Below, in pieces: positions 19,878-29,137 of a stretch of DNA of 64,000 nucleotides; positions within the stretch are counted from its first letter, which is position 1; each line of letters begins with the position of its first letter. The notes under the pieces are model-generated. The model had not been told where the DNA came from. It did not search any database and was given only the letters and a program-made list of their open reading frames with translations. Source of the DNA: Candidatus Poribacteria bacterium (lineage in GTDB: Bacteria > Poribacteria > WGA-4E > WGA-3G); assembly GCA_965242965.1 (NCBI GenBank), contig OZ251518.1, forward strand, positions 2,496,001 to 2,560,000. Direction: 5' to 3'. The position numbers were made by a program, and so were the translations under genes.

Positions 19878-21032
19878 TCACTCCCCGCGAATCACCACCG
19901 GTTTTTGAACGATAGTGCCTCCTCCTCGCGCCTGCAGTCCCGGTGAAACCACCTCAACAATGGTGCCAGGTTCATCCCCTGTCTGCCGTGAGGCTTGAAT
20001 TTCATGCACACGCGAATCGGCTTTGGTGTGCCCTACCTCAATCGGAACAACTTCATGCCCGACGAGATGTAGGAATTTATCCATGCGTTCGGGGAGTGCC
20101 TCAAACGGCATGCATCTTGCCACGCCGTTGAAAAGCCTGTCAGTGATGAACTGCGGAAAAAAGGTATTATATTCGGCTACGTCTACCTCGCGGCCCTGTT
20201 CATAGCCGATGAGCATCCCTCCAAACTGAGCCACATAAACAGTGCACGCATTCCGGATGTCGCTCAACTCAAGCTCTGTTTTCGGTGCAGTTTCCACTGA
20301 AAGTGGCGGTGGCGAAGGTGGAGACTCGCCACGGATTGCTTTCAGTTTCGCTGTGATGTCCGCCTCCCGGTATGTCAGAACGTCAACAAGTCCAGGGTGT
20401 GCTTCACCCGATTGCACGACTTCCGTTTTCCACTTCCCGATGTCGCTTGCGAGCAGATTTAAAAACACTAGCACAGTCTGACTCGGTGTCGGCGTTTCAA
20501 GTTCGCCTAGTTCAATCGGTTGTCCTTCGCGATAAGCGCGCGCCAATACCGAGACATGTTCCCGCGCTTTTTGGACAGCCGTTTCTGCTTCTCGCTGGTA
20601 GGTATCTTCTGGCACCGCGTCCGATGCCGAATCCTGCGAAGCCACCTCCAGATTGTGGAGCCGCGTATTGGTTTGCGCAAGGGTATTTCGGATATTCTCC
20701 TGTGCCTCTTGCATTTCTTGAAATTCGCGGGTGTTGTCCCTGCCACCCTTTTCAACACGCTCTACCCTTTGCGTCAAATCTTGTCTCAGTTGGCGAGATG
20801 TGGCGTTCCACCCTTCTTTCAGTTCTCGCAACTCCTTCTGCTGCCGAAGCATCCGGAAACCGAGGAAGACAAGCGCGGCGAGAATAACTAGCACACCGAG
20901 GATGACAAGGAATACCCAGAACCCCGCTATTGTTGATTGTTCGGCGTTGTCCTGCGCATACCCGAACGAGGCGAGCCCAAACAGGACTAAGACGATTAGC
21001 ATTGTTGCGCATTTGAAACGGTGCGTTGTCAT
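19878..21032 (-). CDS. GrpE-like paralog, membrane-anchored with coiled coil
   Basis: Signal peptide, TM and coiled coil; C-terminal about 230 aa paralogous to 18730-19860. Confidence 0.7.
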   Translation of the reverse strand: MTTHRFKCATMLIVLVLFGLASFGYAQDNAEQSTIAGFWVFLVILGVLVILAALVFLGFRMLRQQKELRELKEGWNATSRQLRQDLTQRVERVEKGGRDNTREFQEMQEAQENIRNTLAQTNTRLHNLEVASQDSASDAVPEDTYQREAETAVQKAREHVSVLARAYREGQPIELGELETPTPSQTVLVFLNLLASDIGKWKTEVVQSGEAHPGLVDVLTYREADITAKLKAIRGESPPSPPPLSVETAPKTELELSDIRNACTVYVAQFGGMLIGYEQGREVDVAEYNTFFPQFITDRLFNGVARCMPFEALPERMDKFLHLVGHEVVPIEVGHTKADSRVHEIQASRQTGDEPGTIVEVVSPGLQARGGGTIVQKPVVIRGE

Positions 21033-21085
21033 TTTTGATTCTCCTGAAAAATGTTGTGCCTTGATTGCGCGTGTCAGTCTATCTG

Positions 21086-22303
21086 TCAGGCCATCAAAAC
21101 CGGCACGGTAAACGCTACGTTCTGCGGTTCGCGTTCTTCAGGCAAATGGAGTGCAAAGGTGCCGTGGACAGAATCAGCCAAGGCAACCGAGAGGACAAAC
21201 TCCCTATTTTTCTTCTTTGCCGCCATATCTATCTCAAGCGTTGCGAGGTGATGCACATCGCTGCTATCTGTCAAAGACAAGCCGCAGAAAAGATGTATCT
21301 CAAATGGCGCGCGGGTTCCGCTGACGCGAAAGGCTTTTTTCCGTTGACACGGCGGAGCACACGCTTTCGGAATGAGTTCAACCCAACGTCCACCGGGTAA
21401 CCGCACACCGAAGCAGAAGTGATAGGTAAAGTGGAGCGGCTTTTCAAGGCTATTCGTCTCAAATTGCCGAACCAATTCCGCGCCGCCCAGAAGCGTAGCA
21501 TCTGCCTGTGGTTCCAAGAAGGTGGCACTACATCGCGCTTGCAACGATTTCATGATGGCACTGCCGGCAGAGGTTGCAAACGCGCCGGAAAAACCGACGA
21601 CAGCGGCATGTTTTGTCCCCACCTTTTTCAAGGATTGAAGGAAATCCGAGACAGGTTTCTCAGTATCCATGAAGAAGTCGGGATATCGCTGGATATCGCG
21701 CAACTCCACTTTCTCGCACGCCGTCTCCTGTTCACAAATCAGATGATAGAGCGTCACATCGTGCCGCGAAAAATTGAAGAGAAATGCCTGAAGTTCGCCT
21801 GAAGCGGCGAGGTTTTCCTGCCACGCCGTCCGATAAGAAAAAGCGAGACACAAACTCTGCGTGAGACAACTCCGAAGCACCGCGTTTGAGGCATTGAACG
21901 CTGGTTTCTCAATTCGCTTGAATGCTTTCCGAAGTTGCTGCCGATGCACAAATTTCCACTGATACGGCGTGATAACATATACCGACATCGCTTCTTGCGG
22001 TAGTAATTGCCGATGGAAAATTTCCTCCAAAAATGCGTGGAAGAGGCACTCCAAAGTTGGTGCGTCTGTAATCTCCTTGAGATGCACATCCAATTCTGTG
22101 AACCGGACTTCTGTCGGGCGGTTTGAGTCAAGCCGGTCAAACGCCTCCCCGAAACATGCCGATAAGGTGCCATCAGCTGTCTGCTGGAAACCTACCTCCC
22201 ACGGCAGATTCAGTTCATCGCGGGCTTCAAACCCATCGTCGCTTATCATCCCACCCTGAATTTCGGGTGCGGAAAGATCGATGATGCATACGCGTTTCTG
22301 CAT
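21086..22303 (-). CDS. Divergent Hsp70/actin-fold protein (probably inactive)
   Basis: IIDLS at N-terminus, VITPYQW...RQQLRKAF, ATLLGGA, C-terminal beta domain ELIPK..P....K.F; canonical DxGTT and DxGGGT are absent. Confidence 0.5.
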   Translation of the reverse strand: MQKRVCIIDLSAPEIQGGMISDDGFEARDELNLPWEVGFQQTADGTLSACFGEAFDRLDSNRPTEVRFTELDVHLKEITDAPTLECLFHAFLEEIFHRQLLPQEAMSVYVITPYQWKFVHRQQLRKAFKRIEKPAFNASNAVLRSCLTQSLCLAFSYRTAWQENLAASGELQAFLFNFSRHDVTLYHLICEQETACEKVELRDIQRYPDFFMDTEKPVSDFLQSLKKVGTKHAAVVGFSGAFATSAGSAIMKSLQARCSATFLEPQADATLLGGAELVRQFETNSLEKPLHFTYHFCFGVRLPGGRWVELIPKACAPPCQRKKAFRVSGTRAPFEIHLFCGLSLTDSSDVHHLATLEIDMAAKKKNREFVLSVALADSVHGTFALHLPEEREPQNVAFTVPVLMA

Positions 22304-22341
22304 GAGTTATCCAATTCCGACTTACAGCGGTGAATTGCTGA

Positions 22342-25128
22342 TTAAATTTCATCAACAAACGCAGGGTCCGCTCGCTGAACAGTCGATTTATATTCCTGGC
22401 CATCAACAAGCGCGATTAATTCAATTTCGCCGCTGGTTTTGACTGCCATTTTCAGACGTGCCTTTCTTAACGCAGCGTCGGGAACATCCTCCGGCAACTC
22501 TAGTGTGTAACTAGCGACTTGCGCGGTTTCTCCCAAGTTCTTCGCCGTGCCGAAGTGTTCTCGGACATCAACAAAAGTTGTCCCAGCAGGAAGCGGGAAA
22601 TCTGTTGTCCCAAAACTCTCGTCGGGTATCACTTTTCCCTGCGAGATGATTTCGTCAAAGACAGGCTTTCCCCCAGAAGACAACTTTACGACACCGAGCC
22701 GAGCTCTTGTCCGTTCCACATTGACGGGCCTGATTCTACCTCGGCCTGGCATCGTTTGGGAAAGGCTAAACTGTGCTGCACCGATGGCGACACACGCCTT
22801 GGGGTGCTCGGCAAGGTGAATGTCAACCCGGGTCTGGTATTTTTCCTGAAAGTGGGCACCCATCATCTCCTTCACCAACGGCATTTTAGATGACTGCCCG
22901 GCGAGGACGACGATATCAGGCGGGGCACTGCCACAGTCAGCAATCATCTCGTCAATCGCATCGAAGGTTTCATTCAGTTCATGTTGTATAAGCGTCTGCA
23001 ATTGCTCGCGTGAGAGTTCCACGTTCATTTCAGGTTGTGTGGACGTTTCAAGGGAGTCTTCTGCATTTCCAATGTGCGGGGCAGCAGGTGTATGCTGCCT
23101 CAGCAAGTCTTCAAGCATCCTGACGTTATCTCCTACCTTAACCTGCAGGTGACCTAAAAACCGGGACGTTACTTCTGACTTCTCGCTGAGCCCCTTTTTC
23201 ATCTCTTCGGCGGCATCGTAAACGAAAGCGTTTGCTCGGGTGGCCCTATCAACGGCTGGTTCTCCAGAAGGCTGCAGGATTTTCCGCCGCTTCAGATACG
23301 GGATGTCAAACCGGATGTCAGGATTGACACACCGAATCAGTTTCCTGCATTCAGCGAGAATGAAGTCAACGATTGCCTGCGTCACATCGTCTCCACCGTA
23401 TTTCGGATTGCCGCCGCGGACAAGCGGTTCAATCTGAATTTCGTTACCGGTGTTCGTCACCTGTGATAGAACGATGTCAATAGTGCCGCCCCCGAAATCG
23501 TAAACCATCAGTTTGGAATTCTCGCGCGGTGGTTTTTCACGGTGCTGAAAAATGGTGCCGATGGAAGCCGCCGAAGCTTCATCAATGAGGATAAGCTCTG
23601 TGATGCCGTTCTTCTCAAACGCGAGCCGAAGATCTTCTCGCTGCTGCAGCGTGAACATCGTCGGGTAGGTGGCAACACACCGTGTAATTTTTGACTGTGA
23701 TGTCAGCGTATCCAGATGCGCTTCCGCTGCCGTTATGATATGTTTGAGGATATCGGCCGCCACGTCACGCGGTTGCAACTCCAATTCGCGCGGAAATTGA
23801 CGATGCCATTGATACCCTAACCAACGTTTCACGGACGTGATGTAGTAAGCACCATCAATTTCACTTGTCCGATAATTTTCTGCAGCCGCTCCGACTGAAT
23901 ATGACGTTTCGTTTGTCGGGCGGCTGTGGTAGACAATTGCCGATGGGATAATCTCCGGAGAACTTGCTTCACCTCCCAACGGAATGAGTTTCGATTGGAA
24001 GGTATCTAAATCAATGTAGGCACAGCAAGAATTCGTGGTGCCGAAGTCAATAGCGACGTAATGTGGATACGCCTCCAACTTCTCTACCATGACGTTCAGC
24101 AGCTCATCCCGATACCGCGGGGATGTCTCACAATTGGAGATGATAGTGAACCCGATGGGATAGGCACCGGGCTCAATGCCGACTCCAGAAATTAATACCT
24201 CCACATTTTCGTGACTGCCGCCTTCAATTTCTATCGGATACTTGACATCGGGAAGGCTGACGAGGCCGGGCTGTCCTTCAATGTCAATCTCCTGGATTTT
24301 CAATAGAGACTCGCCTTGGTTCTGAAGGGTTAAAGTCTGGGTTCTCTTTCGTTCTTGGGTTATTTCCAGCGTCGCCTTCGGCACGAACAACTTCGGCGGT
24401 TCTGGCTCCACCTCTGCGTGTATGCGAACTGTCTGAGCAATCGGTTCGGCGAGTCCGTGGAGATAAAACTTCAAGGGTTCTTCATTAACCCCATCGCGGA
24501 GTTCCCTGCAATCAACCACAAGGCGAACGCGTTTCGCTGCGTTTCCTTCTTTATAGCGTCCTTTCATGAAGCGGACGCTCTTAATTTTCCCCGGCGAGTA
24601 ACCAACGTTGCTGATGTCAAATTGACTCCGCGTCACCTCAACCCGGAGTTCTATATCCATCGTCTCCGTGCCTTTACGGTAGCGCGCCACGCTTGGATTC
24701 GGCAAGAGTTTAAAAGCAGGCTCAGGCAATGCCCGAAGAGGTATCGATTTCTCCTCAAGGTTGGATAATCCTTCCTGAACGCGGACGCGGATGTCTTCAG
24801 GTTGCAGCGTTAACTTCCCCGCGTCTACGCGTATGGCAATTGCGGCAGATTGTCCGGCGTTCACTTTAAACGGCTGCGCATACGCGGTATCCACAAGTTG
24901 ATGCTTCGTCTGAATTGGTTGAAAAGTCATCGGGCAGCTGCCGGTGTTTTCGACAAGCAGCGTCACTTCGCGAGTGGCCGTGTCAGTCTTTATGGGGCTG
25001 TAAAACAGCGGTTCCTCCTGCCATCGCACTGAAAAATCGAAGGTTGAACAACCGCAATAGCCACAATGCCGCTCATGCGCGAAGATTTCCCAACCGACGT
25101 TGCAGTTTGAACACACCGTGCCTGCCAT
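22342..25128 (-). CDS. Hsp70-family ATPase with N-terminal Zn ribbon and Ig-like domains
   Basis: IDFGTTNS, IPSAI, KRWLG, DEASAA, VYDFGGGTIDI, GGDDVT, LAGQSSKMPLV; N-terminal CSNC/CGYC and Ig-like NTGSCPM/NQGESLL. Confidence 0.88.
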   Translation of the reverse strand: MAGTVCSNCNVGWEIFAHERHCGYCGCSTFDFSVRWQEEPLFYSPIKTDTATREVTLLVENTGSCPMTFQPIQTKHQLVDTAYAQPFKVNAGQSAAIAIRVDAGKLTLQPEDIRVRVQEGLSNLEEKSIPLRALPEPAFKLLPNPSVARYRKGTETMDIELRVEVTRSQFDISNVGYSPGKIKSVRFMKGRYKEGNAAKRVRLVVDCRELRDGVNEEPLKFYLHGLAEPIAQTVRIHAEVEPEPPKLFVPKATLEITQERKRTQTLTLQNQGESLLKIQEIDIEGQPGLVSLPDVKYPIEIEGGSHENVEVLISGVGIEPGAYPIGFTIISNCETSPRYRDELLNVMVEKLEAYPHYVAIDFGTTNSCCAYIDLDTFQSKLIPLGGEASSPEIIPSAIVYHSRPTNETSYSVGAAAENYRTSEIDGAYYITSVKRWLGYQWHRQFPRELELQPRDVAADILKHIITAAEAHLDTLTSQSKITRCVATYPTMFTLQQREDLRLAFEKNGITELILIDEASAASIGTIFQHREKPPRENSKLMVYDFGGGTIDIVLSQVTNTGNEIQIEPLVRGGNPKYGGDDVTQAIVDFILAECRKLIRCVNPDIRFDIPYLKRRKILQPSGEPAVDRATRANAFVYDAAEEMKKGLSEKSEVTSRFLGHLQVKVGDNVRMLEDLLRQHTPAAPHIGNAEDSLETSTQPEMNVELSREQLQTLIQHELNETFDAIDEMIADCGSAPPDIVVLAGQSSKMPLVKEMMGAHFQEKYQTRVDIHLAEHPKACVAIGAAQFSLSQTMPGRGRIRPVNVERTRARLGVVKLSSGGKPVFDEIISQGKVIPDESFGTTDFPLPAGTTFVDVREHFGTAKNLGETAQVASYTLELPEDVPDAALRKARLKMAVKTSGEIELIALVDGQEYKSTVQRADPAFVDEI

Positions 25129-25139
25129 ACCCGAATCCC

Positions 25140-28100
25140 CTATTTGAGCCGCTTAAGATCTACGTCTGCAACGGAGAACGGCTTAGGTGGTGCCGCCTGC
25201 TTGTCCGGCGCAGATTCAGGCGGCGGTTCTGAGGCAACTGCCTCAGTCGGTTCAGATGTCTGACCGGATTCCGTTCCCGGTTCGCCTTCAGCCCAAACAG
25301 ATTCGTCCTCCGCGGTGCTACTGCTTGAGGCAGTGGGATGTCGCTGCACATTTTCGCTTTCTGCTTCAGCGAAAGCACCAGAGATATGTTCAGCTTCTTC
25401 GGAGGAATGTTCTTCATAGCCTTCAGCCGATGTGTTCGGATTTGCCGTATTCCCGCCGATGGGGTTTGGGGGAACAGGGGGATTTTCAGCGGCGGCCGCA
25501 GGTGCCGCGTACGGCTGTTGTCCAGTCGTGTGGAAATGTGCGTAGACTATACCATCTGAATCGGGCGGTTCCACATTGCCTTCAGGATAGACTTCGTCCA
25601 AAAACGCCTTGTAAAAATCACTCAGTTTCCGGCGCGCGTCAAGGTTAGCAACATCCTTGAGCAATTGATTAATGACTCCATCGACAGTCTCACGTCCCAA
25701 CTGCGAGAATTTTGACTGAACCGCCTTGATGAACTCATCGTAAGAGGACTCATTTTCTTTACGCGAGAGCCGCTTAATTCCCCCCGGGTCATCGGACAAG
25801 CCAAGCGTTTGAACGAGCCCATCAACATAATACTCAAACACATATCTGCCGTGATGCAGCCGAAACACATCCGAAAACGCCTCGCTGTTGACACGACTGC
25901 AGATTTCAGGCACCAAACGCGCTAAAGCCCGACACCATCGCGTGAGCATATCGCCTTTGTGATGGAGCTCCAGGTCAAACAGATCTGGATTTTGATGAGT
26001 TCGATGCCCGTAAGCCGTCTGGCTCTGCTCAAAATGTTGCTTAAGCGTTTCGTAGGCTTCCAAGTCATCCAGCGCAAACCCGGCCTCCTCTTGGTAAAAA
26101 AAGAGGAGGTGGTCAACAGAAGATGGGCCGAGCCGCGGAAAGCCAAGATTCGGGCCGGTTAACTCGTGTTGTAGATTCGGCAATGCGTGCCCAGTCGGAT
26201 CGTGCCCGAAGATTATCTGCGGGGGTATTGCAAGCGCAAAGGGTTGATAGACAGAGCGGAACGTCTGATACGGATTCGAGCGGCCGGCTAGATTCCCAAT
26301 GTCGTTGCTTTTTTCGGTTAAAAGGGCCTGCGCTTTTGTAACGACAGCATCCACCTGAATTTGCGCTAACGCCAATTGGCGATAGGTTTCTGTCATTTGC
26401 CGCGTGATGTCTTCCGAGCTTCGTTCTAAAAACTCGCGCATCGTTTTCCCATTGAGCAATCTACTGTGAGTGTCCATGCTGGCGATTTGGTGGCGTAGCG
26501 CGTCAGCGTCAACATCAATCCGGTTTTGCGGGTTATTCGCGACGATTTTCACACACTCCGATTTAGGGGCGTTGACAGCAAAGTCGTAATCCGCCTTGAA
26601 TTTCCGAATACAGTTCCCCAGATGCGTCGCGACCTGGTCTAACCGCTGTTTAATCGTTTGTGGCGGATTGGGGCCGTCGGTATGCCTCGGTTGCACGCCA
26701 AAACCGAGCATCTCCCGAACCTCTTGCAAAACCGGCCGCAAAAAGTAATTCCGCAAACTGAGGTAAATACTCTCCCTGTCTCCGGAAATCAACCGGCAGT
26801 AGATGTCAATTAACGCTTTTCGATGCGCTTCGACCGATTGGGCTTGCAGGCCGATGAGTTTCGTCCACCGATTGTTCTCCGCGCGATGCATCGGCTCGAA
26901 ATCCAACCCATCAAGGTTTAAAGTGGACAACCGGTCTGGACAGGAATCAATCGTGTCCTTGATTTTTCCGTCTAGTGCTTGAAAGAACGCGCGGACATCC
27001 CCGAGGCCGTACGTGCCTTGGAAATCAATGCGGGCTAACTGGTTGTTCAAAGCAGCCCCAATTGCCTCGCGGAACTTCTTTTTACACTCAACCACCTGCA
27101 TGTCCATTAACTCAAAATATTGGCCGCCCTGGGCAAACTTGTGATGGAAAGGACCGCCTTCACCGGGTGGGAACGCTTGCATCAGGGTTTCCAATTGCCG
27201 AGATGTTGTGTTTTCCTTACCGAATTCTTGTCGCGCTTGACTCAGGTGTGACTCAATGCGGCTCTTGAGTGGCGACTGTCCTTCGGGATGGGTTAACACA
27301 TCCATGTTCCCTCTTAACATCGCCTTCCATTCCTGGTCTGCGTCCGCCACGCTGGTAGCCTTAGGGACATGCGCGCCTCGCCAATTTTCGCATAATTTCT
27401 CGCTGATTAAACATGCAGATGCGCTGGCGATACGATATTTGGGATACCACACCGCTGTCAGGCCAAAACTAGCGAGACATCTCACCATCATGGCAATCTC
27501 ACCTTCTTGCACGGGTTTTAAGTTCCCGTAACCAGGGTAACTTTCCCAATCGGTGCGGATGGCTTCTTTTTGGCCGTCAGTATCTCCAGCGGCCTCGGCG
27601 AAGAGATTCAGGGCAACCATCAGGTTCAAGCCCTCCTCATCAAATCCCCCGCCCGGGAGTGTAAACTTAAGGAGAGGGTTTTTGCCGCTACGGGAGACAA
27701 GCATCGCGTAGTCAAAAGGTTTTTGGGTAGGATTTCCTACCCCGTGCCCACTTGGAAAGGTAACATTATACCTCGTATTGGAGTGGTTATAGTAATTTAA
27801 TTCGGAAAGGCTCGCGTAGCAATTTGCGGCCCGAACAGCAGTATCTTGGTGTCCGGTCGCTTGCTCTTTGTCATACATCGTAAAAATGCCATAAATCCTG
27901 TTGGCATCGTTACCACTCAGAAGATTTCTGAAAAAGTATGCGATGTCAATGAGCATTCCGCTACAAGAACCGCCGCAGAGGGAGCCAACGACATAGACAT
28001 TAATGGCATCTGAGTCTACGAGTCGTCCATCGGGCACTTGCCCTTGGGCCGTGTAGTGCTGGTTCAGAATATCAACCGTCTCCTGCGTTGTCGCCGGTGC

Positions 28101-28535
28101 GATGATGGCATCTCGCGCCCGAAAGAACGTGTTCTGCATCTGCTCCCAATTTTCCCAGAGACACAGCCTTCCTGCCATCCGAATATTGCTGGCACCGGCT
28201 TGAAAACTTTGGGCAAAGTCCAAGAGCTGCGGATTGAGCCACTCCGCCAGCTGCGGTTTGTGAAGTGGATGACCGGGTGTCAGGCGGAGACGAATCGGGC
28301 CGGTGTCATCAATCGTCGCGCTGACAACCGTGATTTGCTCGTAATCTTTTTGTCTCTCCGTTGACATCAGACTCGGGTCTTCCCCTTTCTCATCGCCATC
28401 TGTCTCAATAGCAATATAACGGAAGATAGGCAGCCCGGCGCGCGTATATTCCTCAGCCATGAGTTGGCGGAGGCTCTTTAGAATTTTTGTGCCGGTTGTT
28501 CCAAGTCCGACAAATAGCGTTGGTTTAATCATCAT
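25140..28535 (-). CDS. Tubulin-like protein (Tubulin_2 / FtsZ-like 1 family) with long helical and acidic C-terminal region
   Basis: PTLFVGLGTTG, IETD, GASNIRMAGRL, VVGSLCGGSCSGMLIDIAY, ANCYASLSEL, KPFD, SFGLT; AAGGAG RBS. Confidence 0.85.
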   Translation of the reverse strand: MMIKPTLFVGLGTTGTKILKSLRQLMAEEYTRAGLPIFRYIAIETDGDEKGEDPSLMSTERQKDYEQITVVSATIDDTGPIRLRLTPGHPLHKPQLAEWLNPQLLDFAQSFQAGASNIRMAGRLCLWENWEQMQNTFFRARDAIIAPATTQETVDILNQHYTAQGQVPDGRLVDSDAINVYVVGSLCGGSCSGMLIDIAYFFRNLLSGNDANRIYGIFTMYDKEQATGHQDTAVRAANCYASLSELNYYNHSNTRYNVTFPSGHGVGNPTQKPFDYAMLVSRSGKNPLLKFTLPGGGFDEEGLNLMVALNLFAEAAGDTDGQKEAIRTDWESYPGYGNLKPVQEGEIAMMVRCLASFGLTAVWYPKYRIASASACLISEKLCENWRGAHVPKATSVADADQEWKAMLRGNMDVLTHPEGQSPLKSRIESHLSQARQEFGKENTTSRQLETLMQAFPPGEGGPFHHKFAQGGQYFELMDMQVVECKKKFREAIGAALNNQLARIDFQGTYGLGDVRAFFQALDGKIKDTIDSCPDRLSTLNLDGLDFEPMHRAENNRWTKLIGLQAQSVEAHRKALIDIYCRLISGDRESIYLSLRNYFLRPVLQEVREMLGFGVQPRHTDGPNPPQTIKQRLDQVATHLGNCIRKFKADYDFAVNAPKSECVKIVANNPQNRIDVDADALRHQIASMDTHSRLLNGKTMREFLERSSEDITRQMTETYRQLALAQIQVDAVVTKAQALLTEKSNDIGNLAGRSNPYQTFRSVYQPFALAIPPQIIFGHDPTGHALPNLQHELTGPNLGFPRLGPSSVDHLLFFYQEEAGFALDDLEAYETLKQHFEQSQTAYGHRTHQNPDLFDLELHHKGDMLTRWCRALARLVPEICSRVNSEAFSDVFRLHHGRYVFEYYVDGLVQTLGLSDDPGGIKRLSRKENESSYDEFIKAVQSKFSQLGRETVDGVINQLLKDVANLDARRKLSDFYKAFLDEVYPEGNVEPPDSDGIVYAHFHTTGQQPYAAPAAAAENPPVPPNPIGGNTANPNTSAEGYEEHSSEEAEHISGAFAEAESENVQRHPTASSSSTAEDESVWAEGEPGTESGQTSEPTEAVASEPPPESAPDKQAAPPKPFSVADVDLKRLK

Positions 28536-28564
28536 GCGCTCCTTCTGGATGCACTCTGGGTTCA

Positions 28565-28960
28565 CTACCTCTTTTTAGGGTTAGGATTCTCAACCCGCAT
28601 TTTTTCAGAGGACACGTTGGCTCTGGTTCCTGTCGCCCCTTGGGTTGATAGGGACACTAGCAGACAAACGTCCACAATCAAAATCAGCACATAGAGTGCC
28701 AGATAGATAGGGACATACCACCACTCGGCGAGCCGCGGGATGGCGCGGAGACAAATCCAGATGGACAGAACCGCTCCTCCAAATATGTGAGCCCCGAGCG
28801 CGATGCCCCACGCGAGCGTTGTCGCTCGTTCAATCCCGATTTTGTTCATCAATAACCGGGCAAATACAAACGCGAAGAACCACACGAAACCGTATGCGGC
28901 AACGTAAAGGTAAACAGGCAAAATCAACGGATCTACGAAAAAGTCAGCGATTATCTCCAT
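28565..28960 (-). CDS. Small 3-TM membrane protein
   Basis: Three hydrophobic helices; AAGGAG RBS. Confidence 0.75.
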   Translation of the reverse strand: MEIIADFFVDPLILPVYLYVAAYGFVWFFAFVFARLLMNKIGIERATTLAWGIALGAHIFGGAVLSIWICLRAIPRLAEWWYVPIYLALYVLILIVDVCLLVSLSTQGATGTRANVSSEKMRVENPNPKKR

Positions 28961-28995
28961 CTGAGCTCCTTGCGTTGAGATTTAACTCATTTTAA

Positions 28996-29025
28996 GTATA
29001 CCATATTCCCACCCAAATTTGCAAA
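28996..29025 (-). promoter_or_regulatory. Internal promoter of the tubulin/Hsp70 block
   Basis: Minus strand TTGCAA-N18-TATACT with TG extended -10, in an AT-rich gap. Confidence 0.5.
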
Positions 29026-29137
29026 TTAAAATTTGCTGGATTGGGTTCGGGAAATGTTCAGGTAACCTCGCTGTTAATCATAACATATTTTGCACATTTT
29101 TGCAAATTAAAAATGTGCCGGGGAATTTGTGCAAACG

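Noticed and set aside
22342-25128. Housekeeping dnaK
   Set aside because: Large N-terminal Zn/Ig fusion, no lid domain, and no dnaJ or hrcA context.
25140-28535. Cell-division ftsZ
   Set aside because: Over 1100 aa, Tubulin_2-type motifs and no dcw cluster.
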